Positions 57,082 to 64,000 of a stretch of DNA of 64,000 bases are shown here, in pieces. How positions within the stretch are numbered: position 1 is the first letter of the stretch; the number at the start of each line of letters is the position of its first letter. The notes under the pieces were generated by a model, which searched no databases, was not told the origin of the DNA, and saw only the letters and a program-made list of their open reading frames with translations. The translations under genes were made by a program, and so were the position numbers. Source of the DNA: an uncultured delta proteobacterium (GTDB lineage Bacteria > Myxococcota_A > UBA9160); assembly GCA_963773895.1 (NCBI GenBank), contig CAVZDA010000009.1:2814933-2878932 (forward strand), written 5' to 3'.

Positions 57082-57510
57082 ATGACGCTGCTGCGACGGA
57101 CGCCTCTCGCGCAGGACGACCCGCGACGGCTGCGCGAGCTGCTGGAGCGGTGCTGCGATCTCGCGAACGAGCACACGCTCCCCTCCGTGGTGGTGGGCGT
57201 CGCGGGAGTCGAGGGCGACCTCCTGTTTCCGGAGCTCGTCGACTACATCGAGAGCGCGCTGCGCGTCGAAGACGCGGTGTTCCGCATGACCCGTGAGCGC
57301 GCCGTGCTCTTCGTCGCCGACGTGGACCGCGGCCGCGCGCTGGAGATCGTCGAGCGTCTGCTCGCGGATTTCCGCGAGCGCTTCCCCACGGCGCGCGCCC
57401 CGGACGTGAGCCTCGGCTTCTACCAGGTCGCCCCGGGCATGCAGCGTCCCGCGCTGAAGGAAGTGCTCCCCGCGGTGTTCGATCCGGTCGGATCCGCCGT
57501 CCGGAACTGA
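57082..57510 (+). CDS. Hypothetical protein
   Basis: The ATG is in frame. The 142-aa product has coding-like composition. Confidence 0.4.
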   Translation: MTLLRRTPLAQDDPRRLRELLERCCDLANEHTLPSVVVGVAGVEGDLLFPELVDYIESALRVEDAVFRMTRERAVLFVADVDRGRALEIVERLLADFRERFPTARAPDVSLGFYQVAPGMQRPALKEVLPAVFDPVGSAVRN

Positions 57511-57525
57511 CACCGCGCGCGGGCG

Positions 57526-58467
57526 CTAGAGCTCCTCCGCCAGGGCGCTCTCCAGCGACGGGTGCTCGAATCCGAACCCCGCAGCGAGCGCACGCCGCGG
57601 CACGCAGCGGCGGCTGCCGAGCACCTCGAGCGCGAGGTCTCCGAGCGCCGCGCGCAACACGAACGCCGGCACCCGCAGGAACGCCGGGCGGCGCAGGCGG
57701 CGTGCGATCGCCGCGATGAGGTCCGCGTTGCGGGCTGGGGCGGGTGCGACCGCGTTCACCGGCCCGGCGAGCGCCGCGTCGTCGAGCGCGCGCAGGATCA
57801 GACCGACCAGGTCGTCGAGCTGGATCCACGGCACCCACTGGCGGCCGTCGCCGAGGGGCCCACCCAGCCCGAATCGCACCGGAAGCGCCATCTGCGGGAG
57901 CGCGCCGCCCTCGCGGGCGAGCACGATCCCGATCCGCGGGCTCACCACCCGCACACCGAGCGGTGTTGCCATCGAGGCTGCCGCCTCCCACGCGACGCAC
58001 ACCTCGGCCAGGAAGCCGTCGCCCGGCGGCTGGTCCTCGTCGAGCTCCCGTTCGCCGCGGTCCCCGTAGTACCCGACCGCGGACGCGCACACGAGGGTGC
58101 GCGGCCGCGCCGCCGGCTCGAGCGCGGCGAGCGTCTCGACGAGCGCCTCGGTCGAGCGCACGCGGCTCTCGCGGATGCGGGCGCGCCGCGCGCCCGAGAG
58201 GATGCCCCCGAAGACCGGCTCGCCCGCGAGGTGGACCACCGCCGAGGCGCCGGCGAGCGCGTCCGGAGGCGGATGCACGCCGTCCCAGGCGACGGGATCG
58301 ACGGCGGGCCCGCGGCGGGTCGCGCCGCCGGGGAGGCGTGCGCGCCCCGGATCGCGCGTCAGCGCGCGCACGCCGCGTCCCGCGCGGAGCAGGGCGGGGA
58401 GCAGGCGGCCGCCGACGAGGCCCGTGGCGCCGCTCACGACGACCGGACCCGTTTCGGGCGCGCTCAC
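57526..58467 (-). CDS. TIGR01777/YfcH-family NAD-dependent epimerase-like protein (DUF1731 C-terminus)
   Basis: The GTG start precedes VVVSGATGLVGGRL (Rossmann). The C-terminal part resembles DUF1731. Confidence 0.65.
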   Translation of the reverse strand: MSAPETGPVVVSGATGLVGGRLLPALLRAGRGVRALTRDPGRARLPGGATRRGPAVDPVAWDGVHPPPDALAGASAVVHLAGEPVFGGILSGARRARIRESRVRSTEALVETLAALEPAARPRTLVCASAVGYYGDRGERELDEDQPPGDGFLAEVCVAWEAAASMATPLGVRVVSPRIGIVLAREGGALPQMALPVRFGLGGPLGDGRQWVPWIQLDDLVGLILRALDDAALAGPVNAVAPAPARNADLIAAIARRLRRPAFLRVPAFVLRAALGDLALEVLGSRRCVPRRALAAGFGFEHPSLESALAEEL

Positions 58468-58480
58468 CGGCGGCGCCGCG

Positions 58481-59251
58481 CTACTTCGGCGCCATCCGCA
58501 GCGCGCCGTCGAGCCGGATGGTCTCACCGTTCAGCATGGGGTTCTCGACGATGTGGCAGGCGAGGGCGGCGTACTCCGCGGGATCGCCGAGCCGCGAGGG
58601 AAACGGGACGGTGTCACCGAGCGCCTTCAGCGCCGGCTCCGGCATCATCATGAGCATCGGCGTGCGGAAGAGACCGGGCGCGATCGTCATGACGCGGATC
58701 CCGGTCTTCGAGAGGTCGCGGGCGATCGGCAGCGTCATCGAGACGACCCCGCCCTTCGAGGCCGAGTAGGCGGCCTGCCCGATCTGGCCGTCGAAGGCCG
58801 CGACCGAGGCCGTGTTCACGACGACGCCCCGCTCGCCGCCGGCGTTCGGCGCGTTCTTCGCCATCCGTGCGGCGGCGAGCCGGATGACGTTGAAGGTTCC
58901 GATCAGGTTCACCTGGATCGTGCGCGTGAACCAGCCGAGATCGAACGGGCGGCCGTCCTTGTCGACGGTGCGGCCAGCGGTTCCGATGCCCGCGCAGTTC
59001 ACGGCGACCTGGAGGCCGCCGAGCCCGGACACGGCGCGATCGAGCGCCGACTCGACCTGCTCGGGGCTCGACACGTCGGCAGGCGTGAAGAGCGCCTGCC
59101 CGCCGAGCGACCTTGCGACGTCCGCCCCCTTCGACTTCTCGAGATCCAGGATCGCGACCCGCGCGCCGCGCGCCGCGAGCGCCCGCGCGGTGGCCTCCCC
59201 GAGGCCCGAGCCGCCTCCGGTGACCACAGCTCCGATGCCTTCGATCTCCAT
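58481..59251 (-). CDS. SDR-family oxidoreductase (3-hydroxyacyl-CoA dehydrogenase type-2-like)
   Basis: [16 protein letters not shown] and the catalytic YSASK are present. Confidence 0.85.
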   Translation of the reverse strand: MEIEGIGAVVTGGGSGLGEATARALAARGARVAILDLEKSKGADVARSLGGQALFTPADVSSPEQVESALDRAVSGLGGLQVAVNCAGIGTAGRTVDKDGRPFDLGWFTRTIQVNLIGTFNVIRLAAARMAKNAPNAGGERGVVVNTASVAAFDGQIGQAAYSASKGGVVSMTLPIARDLSKTGIRVMTIAPGLFRTPMLMMMPEPALKALGDTVPFPSRLGDPAEYAALACHIVENPMLNGETIRLDGALRMAPK

Positions 59252-59329
59252 GCGTCCCTCCTGCGTGTTCCAGGGTCACGGTAGCAGCGGCGTCGTCGCA
59301 TGCTGGAGGCGCCGCGCTCCGCGCCGGGC

Positions 59330-60781
59330 TCAGGGAGCGGTCAGCTTCCGCACGTACGGCTCCTCGCGCGTGATCTTCACGAGCTCGCTGCCCGCGAAGC
59401 GCTGATTGGCGAAGACCCCGTTGTAGACCGCGGTGGTCTCGAGGTCCCACGCGTTGTGGGTTCGTCGATCGAGGCTCGCGATGTCTTCGCCAGCGTTCGC
59501 CTTGACGACACGAAGATGCGTCGATCGGATCGCAGCCCTCTCCTCGTCCGTGATCGGTCCGAAGCTCCGTATCGTGCTCTGGAACGCGGCCGCGCTCGAG
59601 GCCGCCGCGAACGGCGGCGCGAAACCGGTGATCACGTAGGTCGCGCCGGCGAACGGGATGAAGACCACGGTCGCGACGAGCGCTCCGCCGCGCCCGCCGA
59701 CCGAGAGGCGGAGGCGCCACGCATCGACGCCTCCGACCTTCACGGGGCCGGCCTCCTGGACGTCGATCGGCTGATCCTCGCGCTCCTTCGCGAGCCAGGC
59801 CTCCGCCGCGGCCTGCGCGGAGTCGGCCGGCGGCGCGCCCGCGAGGAACACCACGGCGTCGCCGCGCGGCGAGGTCGCGCCCACCATCTGGTTCGTGTTC
59901 TGCTGGGCCCAGCCCGGCGGGAATCGGAGCTGGAACCCGAGGTCGGGGTGCACGAACCGGTCGCCGAGGAAGACGCCGCTCTCGGGCCGTTGCCCGACGG
60001 GAAGGCCGTCGAGGTGCCGGAGCAGCGCGGCGCGCGTGTCCCCGAGCGTCTCGTCGCGCTTCGAGCGGATCTCTCGCGCGCGCACCGCCGTGGTGGCGAC
60101 GCGCTCCTCGGTACCCGGATGCGAATCGTAGAAGCCGGGCGATCGCCCGCTGCCCGTCTGGAGGCGCTCCGCCTGGAGCAGCGCGGTCAGGAAGGTCGAC
60201 ATCGCGGCCGGGTCGTAGCCCGCGGCGGCGCACAGGAGCTGCCCTCCCTGGTCGGCGTCACGCTCCATGTCGCGGCTGTAGGCCGCCATCTGAGCCGCGC
60301 GCACCCAGGGCATCGTGAGCGGGTTCCCGCCCTCGCCGACCGCCTGCTGCGCTGCGGCGTGCCGGTGCGCGGCGTGGGTGATCTCGTGTCCGATCACGCA
60401 CGCGAGCTCGTCCTCGGTGTTCGCGAGCGCGAGCAGGCCGCGCGATACGAAGATGTATCCGCCGGGCAGCGTGAACGCGTTCGGCTCGACCTGGTCGACC
60501 ACCTCGAACTGGTAGTCGAAGCCGCGCGTGGGCACTCCGCGCAGCAGCTTCTTCCCGATGCCCTGGACGTAGGCGTCGAGCTGCGGATCCTGCAGGAGGC
60601 CCACCTGCGCAGCGACCTCCTGGCTGGCCTCCTTGCCCGCGCGCGCGTCGTCGTACTCGGTCATCAGCACCGTACGCTTCGGCGGCCCCTTCGCCTTGGG
60701 GGGGCCGCTGCACGAAGTGAGCGCGAGCGCTGCGGCGCAGACGAGGAGAGGGAAGGGAGAGCGACGGCGGCCGGTGGACAT
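59330..60781 (-). CDS. M48-family zinc metallopeptidase lipoprotein
   Basis: The lipobox is ALALTSC. HEITHAAHRH gives the HExxH motif, with a downstream E. Confidence 0.8.
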   Translation of the reverse strand: MSTGRRRSPFPLLVCAAALALTSCSGPPKAKGPPKRTVLMTEYDDARAGKEASQEVAAQVGLLQDPQLDAYVQGIGKKLLRGVPTRGFDYQFEVVDQVEPNAFTLPGGYIFVSRGLLALANTEDELACVIGHEITHAAHRHAAAQQAVGEGGNPLTMPWVRAAQMAAYSRDMERDADQGGQLLCAAAGYDPAAMSTFLTALLQAERLQTGSGRSPGFYDSHPGTEERVATTAVRAREIRSKRDETLGDTRAALLRHLDGLPVGQRPESGVFLGDRFVHPDLGFQLRFPPGWAQQNTNQMVGATSPRGDAVVFLAGAPPADSAQAAAEAWLAKEREDQPIDVQEAGPVKVGGVDAWRLRLSVGGRGGALVATVVFIPFAGATYVITGFAPPFAAASSAAAFQSTIRSFGPITDEERAAIRSTHLRVVKANAGEDIASLDRRTHNAWDLETTAVYNGVFANQRFAGSELVKITREEPYVRKLTAP

Positions 60782-60787
60782 GCGGCG

Positions 60788-61618
60788 TCAGGGAAGCTCG
60801 GACACCCAGGGCCCGTCGGAGAACCAGTGCGCTTTCAGCTGGCTGAGCACACCGGTGTACTCGAGCGTGTCGAGGTAGTTGTCGACGAGGTTCACGAGCA
60901 GCGGCGAGTCCGGCGGGAGCGCGATGCCGAGCGGTTCGATCGTGAGCGGCGTCGCGATCGCGGCGAGCCCCGCGTTCGGATAGCGCAGGACCGTCAGGAG
61001 ACAGACGGGATAGTCGGCGACCAGGCCGTCCACCTTGCCGTCCAGCACCTGCTTCACCCCCGTGTCGTAGTCCGGCACGGGAACGAGCTTCGTGTGCGGC
61101 AGCAGCGCCGTCACGAAGGCCTCGCTGGTCGAGGCCGCGAGCGCCGCGTAGCTGCGGCCCGGCTGGTCGAGGGCCGCGACCGTCCGGGCGTTCGCAATCT
61201 CGGCCGACTTCGAGAGGACCGACTTCCCGGAGACGAAATACGGCCCTGCGAACGCGACGCGCGCGTTGCGCTCGGGCGTGATCGACAGCCCCGAGATCAC
61301 GAGGTCCACGTCGCCCCGCTCCAGCGCGGGAAGGAGGTCCGCGAAGGGCCTCTCGACGAGCCGGAGCTGGAGCCCCATGGAGCTCGCGAGCGTCGTCACG
61401 ATGTCCACCTCGAATCCCACCGTCTCGCCGCGCTTGTTCCGCATGTTGAGCGGCGGCTGGTCGCCCGTGAGGCCGACGCGGAGCTCCCCGGCGTCGATGA
61501 TGCGCTGCAGCCGATCCGGCGCTGCCGGGCGCGCGCCGCCGCTCGCGCCGGACAGCGACTGGCACGAGGCGAGCCCCAGCGCGAGCGCGCCGAGGAGCAG
61601 GCGGGAAAGGGTGCGCAT
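60788..61618 (-). CDS. ABC transporter substrate-binding protein (family 3, amino-acid binding), lipoprotein
   Basis: The lipobox is LALGLASC. The SBP_bac_3 fold carries the GFEVDIV motif. Confidence 0.75.
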   Translation of the reverse strand: MRTLSRLLLGALALGLASCQSLSGASGGARPAAPDRLQRIIDAGELRVGLTGDQPPLNMRNKRGETVGFEVDIVTTLASSMGLQLRLVERPFADLLPALERGDVDLVISGLSITPERNARVAFAGPYFVSGKSVLSKSAEIANARTVAALDQPGRSYAALAASTSEAFVTALLPHTKLVPVPDYDTGVKQVLDGKVDGLVADYPVCLLTVLRYPNAGLAAIATPLTIEPLGIALPPDSPLLVNLVDNYLDTLEYTGVLSQLKAHWFSDGPWVSELP

Positions 61619-61719
61619 CGCGTGGGATCTCCATGGCTCCGGGGCGTAGTGGCGAGGGGTGTAGCACGCTCGGCGTTCCCGCAGAGCACGCTCGGCGTTC
61701 CTGCCGGCCCTCGGGCCAA

Positions 61720-62463
61720 TCAGTCCCCGGCTTCGAGCGCCGCGGCCAGCCGGCGCGCGACCGGTCCCGGCACCGCGCCGCCGAGCGGGGCGCCGTCGAG
61801 GTGTCCGGCGGCGACGGCGCCGCGCACGGCGTTCGCGAGCACGAGCTCGCGCAGCGCCCCCAGCTCGGCGGAGGAGACGTCGCGCTCGGCGATCCCGGGC
61901 TCGCGCTCGAGCAGGACCTCGCGCGCGATGCTCGCCACGCCACCGCGGGAGAGCGGCGGCGTCACCAGGGCGCCGCTCTCCAGCACGGCGAAGGCGCACG
62001 TCCGAGCAGCCTCCACGAGGCGGCCAGCGCGGTCGAAGAGGAGCGCGTCATCGGCGCTCGCGGCGCGCGCGGCCTCGCGCGCGGCGGCGATCTCGGGATG
62101 GTGCGCAAGCTTCGCGCCGGGGTACGCGCCCCTGCCGGGGTGTGCGACACGGGCACGGATCACGGACCAGGTGGGGCGCGAGGCGCCGAGCGGGCGCGTC
62201 GTCCCTTCGAGGCGCAGCGCGCCGTCCTCGCGCCAGGCGTCGAGCCGCACGATCCCCGTCGCGGAACCGAAGGCCGCACGGCCGAGCTCGCCGATGCGCT
62301 CGAGGCACGCTTCGACGTCCACGGAGCCGAGGCCGGCGGCATGGGCGTCGCGGGCGAGTCGCCGTGCGTGACGCAGGCCGAAGCGGGCGCGGCCGCCCGC
62401 CCACAGGGCCGTGGTGTAGCAGCGACGAGCGTCCGGGCTCAGCGCTCCGCCACGGGGATCCAC
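61720..62463 (-). CDS. Class IV aminotransferase (PabC/IlvE-like fold)
   Basis: Its size and alternating pattern fit the D-aminotransferase-like fold. It overlaps the end of gltA by 25 nt. Confidence 0.6.
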   Translation of the reverse strand: MDPRGGALSPDARRCYTTALWAGGRARFGLRHARRLARDAHAAGLGSVDVEACLERIGELGRAAFGSATGIVRLDAWREDGALRLEGTTRPLGASRPTWSVIRARVAHPGRGAYPGAKLAHHPEIAAAREAARAASADDALLFDRAGRLVEAARTCAFAVLESGALVTPPLSRGGVASIAREVLLEREPGIAERDVSSAELGALRELVLANAVRGAVAAGHLDGAPLGGAVPGPVARRLAAALEAGD

Positions 62464-63725
62464 GAACGTTGCTTCTCGCCCACGTACACCTGCCGCGGCC
62501 GACCGATCTTGGTGTCATGATCCGCGTGCATCTCGGACCAGTGGGCGATCCACCCCGGGAGGCGGCCGATCGCGAAGATCACGGTGAACATGTTCGCCGG
62601 CGTCCCGATCGCGTTGTAGATCACGCCGGAGTAGAAGTCGACGTTCGGATAGAGCTTGCGCTCGATGAAGTACTCGTCCTTCAGCGCGATCTCCTCGAGC
62701 TCCTTCGCGATCTCGAGCAGCTTGTTGTTCACGCCGAGCTTCTGGAGCACGTCGTCGCAGGCCTGCTTGATGATCTTCATGCGCGGATCGAAGTTCTTGT
62801 AGATCCGGTGCCCGAAGCCCATCAGCCGGGCGGTGTCGTTCTTGTCCTTCGCACGATCCACGAACTCGCGCGCGGAGATCCCTTCGTCGCGGATCCGCTC
62901 GAGCATCTCGATCACGGCCTGATTGGCCCCCCCGTGCAGCGGGCCCCAGAGCGCGTTGATGCCCGCGGAGATCGCGGCGAAGAGGTTCGCGTTCGACGAG
63001 CCGACGAGGCGCACCGTGCTCGTCGAGCAGTTCTGCTCGTGGTCCGCGTGCAGGATCAGGAGCAGGTCGATCGCCTTCTCGATCACCGGGTCGACCGCGT
63101 ACTCCTCGCACGGCGTAGCGAACATCATGTGCAGGAAGCTCCCGACGTACTCGAGCTCGTTCTTCGGGTACATGAACGGCTGGCCGATCGAGTGCTTGAA
63201 GGCGTACGCGGCGATGGTCGGGAGCTTCGCGATCAGCCGGTGCACCGAGATCTCGACCTGGCGCGGGTCGCGGTGATCGAGCTTGTCCGGGTAGAACGTC
63301 GCAAGCGCACCGACGGCGGCGGAGCAAGCGGCCATCGGGTGCGCGTCCTTGGGGAGCGCGCTGTAGAACCGCTTCATGTCCTCGTGCAGCATCGAGTGCC
63401 GCCGGATCGACTCCACGAAGCGATGGAGCTCCTGCCGTTGGGGCAGGTTTCCGTGGATCAGGAGGTAGGCCACCTCCAGGAACGTGCTCTTCTCCGCGAG
63501 CTCTTCGATCGGGATGCCGCGGTAGCGCAGGATGCCCTGGTCGCCGTCGATGAAGGTGATCGCGCTGCGGCAGGATCCCGTGTTCGCGTAGCCCGGATCG
63601 AGCGTGATGAGGCCGGTCGCGTCGCGGAGCTTGCGGATGTCGATCGCGCGCTCGCCTTCGCTGCCGGTGATCACCTCGAGGTCGAGCGTCTCGTCGCCCA
63701 GACGGAGCTGCGCCGGTCCTGACAT
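62439..63725 (-). CDS. gltA: Citrate synthase (type II)
   Basis: The full-length sequence carries GFGHRIYK and the catalytic His and Asp contexts (HADHEQN). Confidence 0.9.
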   Translation of the reverse strand: MSGPAQLRLGDETLDLEVITGSEGERAIDIRKLRDATGLITLDPGYANTGSCRSAITFIDGDQGILRYRGIPIEELAEKSTFLEVAYLLIHGNLPQRQELHRFVESIRRHSMLHEDMKRFYSALPKDAHPMAACSAAVGALATFYPDKLDHRDPRQVEISVHRLIAKLPTIAAYAFKHSIGQPFMYPKNELEYVGSFLHMMFATPCEEYAVDPVIEKAIDLLLILHADHEQNCSTSTVRLVGSSNANLFAAISAGINALWGPLHGGANQAVIEMLERIRDEGISAREFVDRAKDKNDTARLMGFGHRIYKNFDPRMKIIKQACDDVLQKLGVNNKLLEIAKELEEIALKDEYFIERKLYPNVDFYSGVIYNAIGTPANMFTVIFAIGRLPGWIAHWSEMHADHDTKIGRPRQVYVGEKQRSWIPVAER

Positions 63726-63814
63726 GGGGGCCTCCTCCGCTGCAGTCTGGTGTCGTGCTGAACGAGGGCAGGTTAGCCGACGGCTGCCGCCCGGGACAGG
63801 CTTGCGGTCCGCCT

Positions 63815-64000
63815 TCAGCGCTGCGGCGCGTCCGCGGGAGCAGCCCGGTGCGTGACCACCACCAGTGCGCGGTCGCCGGCACGCGCGCGCGCTTCGACGC
63901 GAACCGGGATTGCGGCGGAGAGCGCGTCCAGCCTGCGTGCCTCCAGGACGACTGCGCCTCCGCCGGACTCCAGGAACGCACGCGCTTCGTCCGGCGAATC
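63815..64000 (-). CDS. Partial CDS (C-terminal end only), hypothetical
   Basis: The reading frame is open to the window edge and ends in TGA at 63815. The translated tail ...VVLEARRLDALSAAIPVRVEARARAGDRALVVVTH was not recognised. Confidence 0.25.
   Translation of the reverse strand, partial: DSPDEARAFLESGGGAVVLEARRLDALSAAIPVRVEARARAGDRALVVVTHRAAPADAPQR

Overview
This window is very high-GC (about 72%) bacterial chromosomal DNA, most likely from a delta-proteobacterium or myxobacterium (Anaeromyxobacter or Myxococcus-like). It is densely coding on both strands. Roughly 65 CDS and one tRNA-Ser are supported. No rRNA, CRISPR array, transposase or integrase was seen. Many of the very long ORFs in the six-frame track (for example 13179..16655, 26507..31006 and 18076..20886) are off-frame or antisense artefacts of the GC bias and are not called.

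Main landmarks are listed below.
- A truncated sigma-54 activator is followed by a sigma-54 promoter and an arylsulfatase.
- There is a pqiABC/MCE envelope operon in which pqiA is split into two genes.
- Several lipoproteins, an AraC regulator, a patatin and a CPA1 antiporter are present.
- One protein is a tandem fusion of two family III CoA-transferase domains.
- An RRM glycine-rich RNA-binding protein sits upstream of infA.
- A second EF-G paralog is present.
- A family 1 encapsulin operon carries a ferritin-like cargo with a C-terminal GIGSLKG targeting peptide and a small Lys-rich protein.
- The operon DedA, GDE-like, GH63, FAD-disulfide oxidoreductase, sulfotransferase lies on the minus strand at 36580..44451.
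- The most notable region is a bufferin-like RiPP cluster. It comprises a Sec-signal, 6-Cys DUF2282-like precursor, a DUF692 (MbnB-like) enzyme and a DUF2063 (MbnC-like) partner.
- That cluster lies directly downstream of a putative light-response module: a HTH/B12-binding-like regulator, a DCC/DUF393 protein and a photolyase. A frameshifted SRPBCC gene remnant sits between the two.
- The window ends with the respiratory and TCA genes ndh, ctaA and gltA.
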